Assembly: GCA_028283025.1 (NCBI GenBank)
Contig: JAPYNO010000045.1
Coordinates: 13,895-77,894, forward strand
DNA length: 64,000 nt
Direction: 5' to 3'
Source of the DNA: Pseudomonadales bacterium
Lineage (GTDB): Bacteria > Pseudomonadota > Gammaproteobacteria > Pseudomonadales > Azotimanducaceae
Each line of letters begins with the position of its first letter. Position 1 is the first letter of the stretch. Of this stretch, positions 56,283 to 64,000 are shown in pieces. The notes under the pieces were generated by a model that saw only the letters and a list, made by a program, of their open reading frames with translations, had not been told where the DNA came from and searched no databases. Position numbers and translations under genes: made by a program.

Positions 56283-56302
56283 ACTGGTCGCTACTGGTCG
56301 CT
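56283..56302. repeat. Perfect tandem duplication 2 x ACTGGTCGCT between the purN stop and the methyltransferase-fusion start
   Basis: Read directly from the sequence. It occupies most of the 32-nt intergenic gap. Confidence 0.9.
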
Positions 56303-56311
56303 GGCAAGGGT

Positions 56312-56908
56312 CTACAAGTATATCGCATTAAGCAAAGCATCGAGTGCTTTGATGAGCAATTGATGCTCGCCTGCCTTGACCCGCGCTTCAAGCGCGCTTG
56401 GGGTGTCGCCTGGCAGCACCGGAATCGAATTGTGCATGATGATAGGGCCGCGGTCATAGACCTCATCGACATAGTGAATCGTCGAACCCGTGACGGCTTC
56501 GCCTGCATTGATGACAGCCTCGTGAACGCGGCGACCATAGAATCCTTGTCCGCCGTATTTTGGCAACAGGGCAGGGTGGCAATTGATGACCCGGCTTTGA
56601 AAGGCGCTTAGCGTCTTCGGGCCGATCAATCGCATGTAGCCTGCGAGCACCACGAGATCAACCTTGGCGTTTTTCAAGACACGGGTCATGGCCGCATCGA
56701 GTGACGCTGCATCGCCGTGCGTTTGGCGGCTCATGTGTGATGCGAGAATGCCATGCTTGCGCGCGCGAGCAAGCGCACCGGAATCACTGTTGTTGCTGAT
56801 GACGATGCTCACCTCGGCGTTCAGCCGAGCAGATTCGCACGCATCGACCACTGCCTGCATGAGGCTGCCCTCGTGCGATGCGAACAGGGCGAGCCTAGCT
56901 TTATCCAT
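56312..56908 (-). CDS. purN: Phosphoribosylglycinamide formyltransferase
   Basis: VVLAGYMRLIGP and INCHPALLPKYGG, followed by GSTIHYVDEVYDRGPII, parallel E. coli PurN. Confidence 0.8.
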   Translation of the reverse strand: MDKARLALFASHEGSLMQAVVDACESARLNAEVSIVISNNSDSGALARARKHGILASHMSRQTHGDAASLDAAMTRVLKNAKVDLVVLAGYMRLIGPKTLSAFQSRVINCHPALLPKYGGQGFYGRRVHEAVINAGEAVTGSTIHYVDEVYDRGPIIMHNSIPVLPGDTPSALEARVKAGEHQLLIKALDALLNAIYL

Positions 56909-56947
56909 GAAAACTATGCATAAAAACTATTCACGAATGAAAACGAC

Positions 56948-57787
56948 TCATGAGCGATTGATGAGGAAATTAGCCGTGTGCCAGATTTCCATATGCGGCC
57001 AGTCGCCCTCAAGGACGGCCATGTACAAGCGTAGATACTCATTGCCGCGTCGCCGCCACTTGGCTTCCGGCGTGGCTATTAATCGGTATGTTTGACCGAC
57101 GCGAAGCGTTTGGCGCACGACGAAGTGCGTCTCCAAATGAAGCCACGCTGGCATCACGAAGCGCCCGGTGAGCGCGCGGTTGGCAAGGTCCATCCACAAG
57201 CGGGGATGAATGATGCCAGCCTCCCACAGCGAAAGGTCTTTTGCGTGCGCCCCGGCAGAGGTGACGTTTTCCTCGTGGCTTGGTGTCCAAGCAATTTCGG
57301 CAAAGGCCTCGCCGGGGCGGACACCTGCCCACCTGATCTCGCGCCGCACTGTTCTTCGATTTGATGCGCGAGCTCGACTGAAAGGATTCGCCTCCGGCAT
57401 CTGATCGAGAAAACTGAGCTTCAGCTTTGAGAGTATCGTGCCTTGTGCATTGCGACAGGCGAGGCAGATGTGCGACTTGCTGCTCGATTTCTGATCGGGC
57501 GCTATGTGAAGCGCATCGCCATCATAGGCAGGACGGATCAGCCTCATGCTGACTTCGGTGCCGGAAAGCCATGTATCTTCAAAGGTTTGCGTCAATAATT
57601 CGCTCATATGCCCGAACAGGTGCGCACCTGAAACGAGCGCGCCTTCAAATCCGTGCTCGCGCGCCACATCGTCCGCATGAATGCGATTGACCGTGTTCGT
57701 GTCTTCATTGATCGCATACGCAGTCAACGGCGAAGAAGGAAACATCTTGATGAGATTCATCTTCGCTTTCTTCGGCTCAGCTGCCAT
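56948..57787 (-). CDS. MaoC-like / hotdog-fold protein
   Basis: NRIHADDVAREHGFEGALVSGAHLFG resembles the MaoC dehydratase motif. The 279-aa size fits a double hotdog. The start overlaps the dctM end by 11 nt, and an alternative ATG lies at 57760. Confidence 0.5.
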   Translation of the reverse strand: MAAEPKKAKMNLIKMFPSSPLTAYAINEDTNTVNRIHADDVAREHGFEGALVSGAHLFGHMSELLTQTFEDTWLSGTEVSMRLIRPAYDGDALHIAPDQKSSSKSHICLACRNAQGTILSKLKLSFLDQMPEANPFSRARASNRRTVRREIRWAGVRPGEAFAEIAWTPSHEENVTSAGAHAKDLSLWEAGIIHPRLWMDLANRALTGRFVMPAWLHLETHFVVRQTLRVGQTYRLIATPEAKWRRRGNEYLRLYMAVLEGDWPHMEIWHTANFLINRS

Positions 57788-59132
57788 ACGCTTGTCCGGG
57801 AAGCCAGGTCACGAGTCCTTGAAACCAGAAGATCATGATCATGCCAAGGAGTTGCAACAGAATGAACGGCGCGACGCCACGGTAGATGCTTGCAATATCC
57901 ACTTCCTCAGGTGCCACGCCTTTGAGATAAAAGATAGCAAATCCAACAGGCGGTGTCAGAAAGCTCGTTTGCAAGCAGACCGCGAAGAGCACAGTGAACC
58001 AGATTGGATCGAACCCCAAGCTTTGCACGACTGGAGCCACTAAAGGTAATACAATCAATGTGATTTCAATCCAATCCAAGAAGAATCCGAGTAAGAAGGT
58101 GGCGATCAGTATGGTGATGACGATGCCTTCGGGAGAGAATGGCAGTGCAAGCAACATGCGCTCCATGAGTTCATCGCCGCCAAGCCCTCGCAGCACCAGC
58201 GAATAGGCTGTTGCACCGACCAATGTGGCAAAGATGAAGCCCGTCGTTTTGCTTGTTTCAACAAGAACTTCTTTGAAGATAGGTCGGTTGAGTCGCCGGT
58301 TGGTGCCAGCAAGCAGCACCGCGCCAAGCGCACCGACCCCTGCGGCCTCTGTTGGAGTGGCGATGCCAAGGAAAATGCTGCCCAAAACAGCAAGGATGAG
58401 GGCCGCTGGCGGCAAGATGGCGACGAGCAGATCAAGCATGGCGCTCGCATCGAGTCTTGCTTCCTTAAGCGCCGCTGGCGCGACTTCAGGCTGCAAAGCG
58501 CCGCGCAGGATGATGTAGAGGCTGTACATGAGCGCGAGCATCAGTCCTGGAAAAACCGCTCCAAGGAACAGGTCGCCAACACTCATTGCCATGCGGTCGG
58601 CCATGAGCACAAGCATGATGCTTGGTGGAATGAGAATGCCCAAGGTGCCGACAGCGCAGACCGTTCCCGAGGCTAGGCGCTTGTCGTAGCCAGCTTTGAG
58701 CATGATGGGAAGACCAAGCAATGCCAGCAGAACAACCGATGCGCCGATAATGCCCGTCGTGGCGGCAAGCAGTACGCCGATGAAGGTGACGCTGAGTGCA
58801 AGTCCGCCTCGCAAGGGTCCGAAAAGCCGTGAAAAATGTGTCATCAATCGTTCAGCGATGCCGGACTTGTCGAGCATCAAGCCCATGAAGATGAACATGG
58901 GCAAGGCCACCATGACCCAGTTCTCCATGACGCTCCAGATGCGCTCAATGCTCAAAGACAGATAGCTCCAATCGACGCCGGTGACGATGCCAAGGTCGAT
59001 TTCTGCGACGATGGCGATGGCGGTGAAGGCGACCGCGAGGCCCGCGAGAATCCATGCCACCGGAAAGCCGGTGAACACCAGCCCGATGAAGGCAAGGAAC
59101 ATGCACACGGCGAGCACCTCGTTGAGTGGCAC
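57777..59132 (-). CDS. dctM: TRAP transporter large permease
   Basis: 451 aa, polytopic. MENWVMVALPMFIFMG...GGLALSVTFIGVLLAATTG is typical of DctM. Confidence 0.88.
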   Translation of the reverse strand: MPLNEVLAVCMFLAFIGLVFTGFPVAWILAGLAVAFTAIAIVAEIDLGIVTGVDWSYLSLSIERIWSVMENWVMVALPMFIFMGLMLDKSGIAERLMTHFSRLFGPLRGGLALSVTFIGVLLAATTGIIGASVVLLALLGLPIMLKAGYDKRLASGTVCAVGTLGILIPPSIMLVLMADRMAMSVGDLFLGAVFPGLMLALMYSLYIILRGALQPEVAPAALKEARLDASAMLDLLVAILPPAALILAVLGSIFLGIATPTEAAGVGALGAVLLAGTNRRLNRPIFKEVLVETSKTTGFIFATLVGATAYSLVLRGLGGDELMERMLLALPFSPEGIVITILIATFLLGFFLDWIEITLIVLPLVAPVVQSLGFDPIWFTVLFAVCLQTSFLTPPVGFAIFYLKGVAPEEVDIASIYRGVAPFILLQLLGMIMIFWFQGLVTWLPGQAYGS

Positions 59133-59142
59133 AGCGAAGCCC

Positions 59143-59649
59143 TTACTTGAAAAGAAATGCCCAAACGCGCATCAGGCGGGAGAGTGCGGCGAGGAGAAGC
59201 AGCCCAAATCCAACAAGTAGCATGGATTTGATGAGCCAGCGGTAGGCGAGGCCGCCCGGAGAAGACGACACTTCACCATCGAGAAAGCTATTGATCACAA
59301 AAGGCGCCGCGTAGAGCAGCATGACCGCAACGAATGGAAGCAGCAGCAGAATGAGACCGTAGAGTTCAATCCATGCCTGCATTCGGCCCGAGAGCTTCAG
59401 CCGCACGACATCGACGCGTATGTGGCTATCGGTCTTCACCGCAAAGCTCATGGCAATCAGGAAGCCTGCGGAATAGAGGTGCCACTGCAATTCCTCGAAC
59501 TCAATGCGCCCCATCGAAAAGGCGTAGCGCATGATGACATTGACGACGATGACGACGAGCAGCGCCGCCCAAAGCCACGAGGCGAGCGTGCCGATGCGCT
59601 CAATGAGGGCGTCTGCGAGGCGCGAGAACCTTGTGTCCGGCAATTGCAC
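59143..59649 (-). CDS. dctQ: TRAP transporter small permease
   Basis: ORF 59143..59964, trimmed to the GTG at 59649 just after the dctP stop. About 168 aa with 4 TM segments. The long upstream extension overlaps dctP in another frame. Confidence 0.75.
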   Translation of the reverse strand: MQLPDTRFSRLADALIERIGTLASWLWAALLVVIVVNVIMRYAFSMGRIEFEELQWHLYSAGFLIAMSFAVKTDSHIRVDVVRLKLSGRMQAWIELYGLILLLLPFVAVMLLYAAPFVINSFLDGEVSSSPGGLAYRWLIKSMLLVGFGLLLLAALSRLMRVWAFLFK

Positions 59650-59653
59650 GAGG

Positions 59654-60799
59654 TTAAAAATCTCGCGGCAGGTAGGCGAGGCGCTTCCAAGGGTCGTACT
59701 GGTCGCGAAATGCTTGCTGGGATTCCCAGACCCTTTTGAAGGCCGCGTCGCGCTCCGCTTCCTCCGCCATGACCTGATCAGCTTGGCTCTGCAACGTGCG
59801 CAGTAGATCATCAGGCAGGCGCGTGACGGTGACGCCGCGTGACTTGAACCCGGAGAGCACCGGCCCTTGCAAGGACTCGGAGTGCGCGAGACCGCGTGCG
59901 ACGCCCGCGGTGCAGGCAGTTTCGAGCATGGCTTGGTCGGGCGGTGAGAGCGCATTCCAAGCATCCAAACTGATCAGCAGGTGATTGCTCGTGAAGGTCT
60001 GGTGCCAGCCCGGGAAGTAGTTGTATTTGGTGACCCTGTCAAACCCCAAGGACTGGTCAGCACTCGGCAGCGAGTACTCGGTTGCGTCGATAGCACCTTT
60101 TTCAAGTGCTTGAAATATCTCACCACCCGCTATCATTGTGACTGAGGCGCCAAGGCGTTCGATGATTTTGCCGCCGAGCCCGGCGAAGCGAATTTTGAGG
60201 CCCTTGAGGTCATCGAGTTCGCTAATAGGTTTGCGGAACCAGCCAGCGGTTTCAGGCCCGATGACACCGCATAGCATCGGATGGATGCCAAAATCGGCAA
60301 ATATCTCCACTGCGAGCCCTTCGCCGCCCCCTTCGTACCACCAAGCGGTGAATTCCGGCGGCTCCATGCCAAAGGGCACTGCGGCAAAGAGTGGCGCAGC
60401 AGGGATCACACCTTGCGAATAGCCTGCCCAGGTGTATCCGGCTTGCGTCTTGCCTTCGCGCACAGCATCGAACACGCCAAGCGGAGGCACAATTTCCCCC
60501 GGCTCGAACACCTGCAGACCGAACCTGCCGTCCGTTGACCGCGCCAGAAAGTCGGCGACGCGGAGGATGCCGTCGCCAAGACCTTCAAGCGATGTTGGGA
60601 TGGAGACAGGCACGCGCCAGCGGATCGCTTCGCCTGCACGCGCTCCAGATTGGCCTTCGGCCTGCATCGCTCGTGCGTCCTGTTCGCCCGCAGGCCGTAG
60701 CGCCAAGCTCGCGAGGATGCCGACAGTCAGTGCGGCACAAACCGCGAAAGCGGCAGCTCTATGGCTGATGTATCCAGAATTACTGTGCGCTTCACTCAT
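59654..60799 (-). CDS. dctP: TRAP transporter substrate-binding protein (DctP-type)
   Basis: ORF 59654..60958, trimmed to MSEAHSNSGYISHRAAAFAVCAAL (signal/anchor). IRWRVPVSIP...GKTQAGYTWAGY...FPGWHQ are typical of DctP-type binding proteins. Confidence 0.8.
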   Translation of the reverse strand: MSEAHSNSGYISHRAAAFAVCAALTVGILASLALRPAGEQDARAMQAEGQSGARAGEAIRWRVPVSIPTSLEGLGDGILRVADFLARSTDGRFGLQVFEPGEIVPPLGVFDAVREGKTQAGYTWAGYSQGVIPAAPLFAAVPFGMEPPEFTAWWYEGGGEGLAVEIFADFGIHPMLCGVIGPETAGWFRKPISELDDLKGLKIRFAGLGGKIIERLGASVTMIAGGEIFQALEKGAIDATEYSLPSADQSLGFDRVTKYNYFPGWHQTFTSNHLLISLDAWNALSPPDQAMLETACTAGVARGLAHSESLQGPVLSGFKSRGVTVTRLPDDLLRTLQSQADQVMAEEAERDAAFKRVWESQQAFRDQYDPWKRLAYLPRDF

Positions 60800-60872
60800 G
60801 GCAGAAACACTAGCACATTCGCTATCCGTTACACTACGCGCCTTCTTCCGGCAGATGGTCGCTCCGCACACT

Positions 60873-62027
60873 ATGCGCGTAGGCATCCCAGCTGAATCGC
60901 ATCCACGAGAGGCGCGCGTTGCGCTAGTGCCCGCGAATGTCGCAAAGCTCACCGACATCGGGTGTTCCGTCTACGTTGAATCCGGTGCAGGCAATGCAGC
61001 AGGATTCACAGACGATGAGTTTCGATCGGCAGGTGCGCATCTCGACTCGCGCGCAGAGGTCTTGTCGTCAGATTTGGTGCTGCGCGTCTCTGCGCCGAGC
61101 TTGGACGAAACCCGGCAGATGGCATCCGGTGCTCGGCAGATCAGCTTCCTCGACCCCTTTCGGCAGCGCGACCTTATCGAAGCACTTGCTAAGCAAGGTG
61201 TGACGGCCGTTTCCATGGAAATGATCCCGCGCATTACCGTCGCGCAGAAAATGGATGCGCTGTCATCGCAGGCGAGCTTCGCTGGCTATGCCGCCGTACT
61301 ACTCGCTGCTGAGCGCAGCAGCAAGTTCTTCCCGATGATGATGACGCCAGCGGGCACCATCGCGCCAGCGCGCGTGTTTGTCATCGGTGCGGGTGTGGCT
61401 GGTCTGCAAGCGATCGCCACCGCCAAGCGCCTCGGAGCGCGCATCGAAGCCTTCGATACACGTCCTGAAGTCAAGGAGCAAGTGGAGTCGCTTGGTGGCA
61501 AGTTCATTGAAATTGACCTTGGCGACACAGAATCAACTGAGCAAGGCTATGCCAAGGCACTCACTCCTGAACAAATTGCACTGCAACGCCAAGGGCAGGC
61601 CGAAGTGATTGCGCGATCAGACGTGGTCATCACCACTGCGCAGGTGTTTGGGCGCAGCGCACCTCGCATCGTCACCTCGCAAATGCTTGCCAACATGAAG
61701 CCCGGCAGCCTCGTCATTGACATGGCGGTCGATACCGGCGGCAATGTCGAAGGCACAGAAGCCAATAAGGAAGTTGTGACGGAGCAGGGCGCCATCCTTC
61801 TTGGCATCACGCATCTGCCGTCGCGCATCGCTCGGGATGCCAGCCTCATGTACTCGAACAACCTCGTGAATCTCATCGCGCACCTCAAAGAAGCGAGCGC
61901 GGACGAAGCAGGCGCATGGCCGCAGCCCGGCGGCGATGATGAAATCGCGGCGAGATCAGTGATTACCCATGCGGGCAAGATCGTCAACGAGCAAATTCTG
62001 GCGCACTATGCCTCTGATAACAAATAA
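60873..62027 (+). CDS. pntAA: NAD(P) transhydrogenase subunit alpha part 1
   Basis: ORF 60432..62027, trimmed to MRVGIPAESHPREARVALVP. NAD-binding motif VFVIGAGVAGLQAIATAKRLGA. Confidence 0.9.
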   Translation: MRVGIPAESHPREARVALVPANVAKLTDIGCSVYVESGAGNAAGFTDDEFRSAGAHLDSRAEVLSSDLVLRVSAPSLDETRQMASGARQISFLDPFRQRDLIEALAKQGVTAVSMEMIPRITVAQKMDALSSQASFAGYAAVLLAAERSSKFFPMMMTPAGTIAPARVFVIGAGVAGLQAIATAKRLGARIEAFDTRPEVKEQVESLGGKFIEIDLGDTESTEQGYAKALTPEQIALQRQGQAEVIARSDVVITTAQVFGRSAPRIVTSQMLANMKPGSLVIDMAVDTGGNVEGTEANKEVVTEQGAILLGITHLPSRIARDASLMYSNNLVNLIAHLKEASADEAGAWPQPGGDDEIAARSVITHAGKIVNEQILAHYASDNK

Positions 62028-62056
62028 TCGTATTTCAATTATTGAAGGCCATTAAG

Positions 62057-62347
62057 ATGGAAGCAGTCTTTCTTACGCTTGTGCTCGTGCTCTCAATCGC
62101 GCTGGGATTCGAGCTCATCTCCAAGGTGCCAGCGACCTTGCACACGCCGCTGATGTCTGGCGCCAACGCCATTTCAGGCGTCACCCTCGTCGGCGCGCTC
62201 GCAGCGGCTGGCGCCGACCAAGGCTTGGCTTCGGCCGTGCTCGGTGGCTTGGCGGTGGCACTTGCGACCATCAACGTGGTTGGCGGCTATTTGGTTACAG
62301 ACCGCATGCTCGGCATGTTCCGCAAGAAAGATTCGTCAGGTTCATAA
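62057..62347 (+). CDS. pntAB: NAD(P) transhydrogenase subunit alpha part 2 (membrane)
   Basis: LHTPLMSGANAISGVTLVGAL and INVVGGYLVTDRML. I prefer the ATG at 62057 over the TTG at 62042. Confidence 0.88.
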   Translation: MEAVFLTLVLVLSIALGFELISKVPATLHTPLMSGANAISGVTLVGALAAAGADQGLASAVLGGLAVALATINVVGGYLVTDRMLGMFRKKDSSGS

Positions 62348-62359
62348 AGGCTCGAACAC

Positions 62360-63721
62360 ATGTCTAACCTTGCGATCAACTTCGTCTATGTGGCTTCGGC
62401 ACTGCTATTTATTCTCGGCCTCAAGTTTTTGAGCTCTCCAGCGACTGCGCGGCGCGGCAATGTTCTATCGGCCCTCGGCATGCTGCTCGCAATTGTGGTG
62501 ACCTTGCTCTCCAAGGACATCCTCGATTATCGCTGGATTATCGTGGCGGCCTTGGCGGGCGCCATGATCGGCGCACTCGCCGCGCGACTTGTCGCGCTCA
62601 CTTCAATGCCCGAAATGGTAGCGCTCTTTAATGGCTCTGGCGGTGGCGCGAGCCTGCTCGTTGGATGGTCAACCCTCTATCCGGCATCGGATTCGGTCTT
62701 TACGCTGGTGACTGTCGTGCTCTCAATCCTCATAGGCGGTGTAACTTTGACAGGCAGCCTCATGGCGTGGGGCAAGCTCTCTGAGGTCATTACCACGCGC
62801 GCGGTTGTGTTCGGCCTACAGCGCATCTTGAACTCCCTCATACTCATCGCGCTTGTGGTTAGCGGCGTCATGTTTGTGATGAATCCAGAGCCAAGTTCCC
62901 CCGTCTTTTTTGCCCTCATTGGGCTGTCGCTGCTACTCGGCGTCATGGCCGTGCTGCCAATCGGTGGCGCGGACATGCCGGTAGTGATTTCGCTGCTCAA
63001 TAGCTACTCTGGGCTCGCGGCTTGCGCGGCGGGCTTTGCGATTGGTAACAATATTCTCATCGTGGCAGGCTCGCTCGTCGGCGCTTCGGGCATTATTTTG
63101 ACGAACATCATGTGCAAGGCCATGAACAGATCGCTCGCCAATGTGCTTTTTAGCGGCTTCGGCGCGGTCAAGGTGGCAGGCAAGGTCGAGGGCGAGGTCA
63201 AGCCCATTTCTGTCGATGATGCCTTCTTGATTCTCGAAGCCTCATCGGCGGTCACCTTCGTGCCGGGCTATGGCATGGCGGTGGCGCAAGCGCAGCATGC
63301 CGTCCGTGAGCTTGCTGAGCTGCTGGAGAAAAACGGCGCTGAGGTGACCTTTGCGATCCATCCGGTCGCAGGCCGCATGCCCGGGCACATGAACGTTCTG
63401 CTTGCGGAGGCCAATCTGCCTTACGATCAGCTCGTTGAGCTCGAAGATATTAATCCGCGCATGGGGATGATTGACGTGGCGGTGGTCATTGGCGCCAATG
63501 ATGTCGTCAATCCATCTGCGCGCGAGGACGAAGGCAGCCCGATCTACGGCATGCCGATCATCAATGTGGATTACGCCCGCACCGTCTTCGTACTCAAACG
63601 ATCGATGGCATCAGGCTTTTCAGGCGTTGACAATCCGCTGTTCTTCGCAGACAACACGCGCATGCTGTTCGGTGATGCCAAAGAATCCATTTCGGGCCTG
63701 GTCGCCGAGTTCAAATCCTGA
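62360..63721 (+). CDS. pntB: NAD(P) transhydrogenase subunit beta
   Basis: 453 aa. A membrane domain is followed by the dIII domain, with GYGMAVAQAQH and HPVAGRMPGHMNVLLAEA. Confidence 0.92.
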   Translation: MSNLAINFVYVASALLFILGLKFLSSPATARRGNVLSALGMLLAIVVTLLSKDILDYRWIIVAALAGAMIGALAARLVALTSMPEMVALFNGSGGGASLLVGWSTLYPASDSVFTLVTVVLSILIGGVTLTGSLMAWGKLSEVITTRAVVFGLQRILNSLILIALVVSGVMFVMNPEPSSPVFFALIGLSLLLGVMAVLPIGGADMPVVISLLNSYSGLAACAAGFAIGNNILIVAGSLVGASGIILTNIMCKAMNRSLANVLFSGFGAVKVAGKVEGEVKPISVDDAFLILEASSAVTFVPGYGMAVAQAQHAVRELAELLEKNGAEVTFAIHPVAGRMPGHMNVLLAEANLPYDQLVELEDINPRMGMIDVAVVIGANDVVNPSAREDEGSPIYGMPIINVDYARTVFVLKRSMASGFSGVDNPLFFADNTRMLFGDAKESISGLVAEFKS

Positions 63722-64000
63722 CGGGGTTGAGTCCCTGTTTTCGCCGCTCTTTGCGGCGGATGATTCGAGCCAGCTACCTCAAGCATGGCGCCCCATCGAC
63801 TACTCGCCTGCCGTCGGTTCAACCAAGGCGATGATTGAAGCACGTTTCGCGAATGGCGCCCGTTCAGTCTTGAAGGCGCTCGCGCCAGAAGGCCCCGCCA
63901 TGTTGCATTGGCAGGCATCCGAAGATGTCAAGCATCCACTCTATTGGGCGCGAGAATCGCGCTTCCTAGAAAGTGCATCGAGCCAAATCTCGACATCTGC

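Noticed and set aside
63735-64000. Open plus-strand frame running off the window end (…AMIEARFANGARSVLKALAPEGPAMLHWQASEDVKHPLYWARESRFLES…), with a possible ATG at 63831
   Set aside because: It is too short and truncated to assign a start or a family. The listed 63571..63918 minus ORF overlapping it looks like a shadow frame.
1-64000. Search by eye for tRNA, rRNA, riboswitch-like leaders, integrases and phage genes
   Set aside because: I recognised none. This was not a covariance-model scan, so small RNAs could have been missed.

Overview
This is a 64-kb chromosomal window from a moderately GC-rich Gram-negative bacterium. Gene content and order suggest a marine-type gammaproteobacterium: ubiG/mtaD-like, gyrA-serC-pheA-tyrA, pyrE, nfuA, purN, pntAA-pntAB-pntB, TRAP and BCCT transporters, and a haloalkane dehalogenase. 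That assignment is inference only, with no search run. I support about 60 protein genes and found no rRNA, tRNA or CRISPR array. Most of the window is housekeeping or metabolic backbone with many stop/start overlaps. Three small accessory patches interrupt it. (1) 2.56-4.95 kb holds toxin-antitoxin genes: a DUF433-like gene, an orphan VapB-like antitoxin and a short HipBA pair. This patch is bracketed and split by an ~80-bp direct duplication of the nitroreductase 5' end, and it ends 58 nt before gyrA. (2) 26.9-27.5 kb holds a VapBC module. (3) 50.9-56.3 kb holds a degenerate IS4-family fragment, a membrane-anchored ankyrin-repeat gene with a (CTT)9 poly-Leu tract, a second IS copy that is 5'-deleted but keeps perfect 13-bp inverted repeats, and a stand-alone 962-aa gene. 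That 962-aa gene fuses a PD-(D/E)xK-like N-terminus to a gamma-class N6-adenine methyltransferase core. The IS/ankyrin block is flanked by a 9-bp direct repeat and sits 1 nt from the start codon of a second DAHP synthase gene. The best candidates for new biology are: the single-polypeptide nuclease-like/methyltransferase gene; the IS-ankyrin composite; a PAS-domain::membrane-fusion-protein fusion heading a MacB-type pump; an EF-hand::beta-barrel protein next to a GldA/F/G-like ABC cluster; and a terminator/alternative-hairpin leader carrying a Trp-Tyr-Trp mini-ORF upstream of the first DAHP synthase. All family assignments come from reading the translated ORFs, not from database searches.
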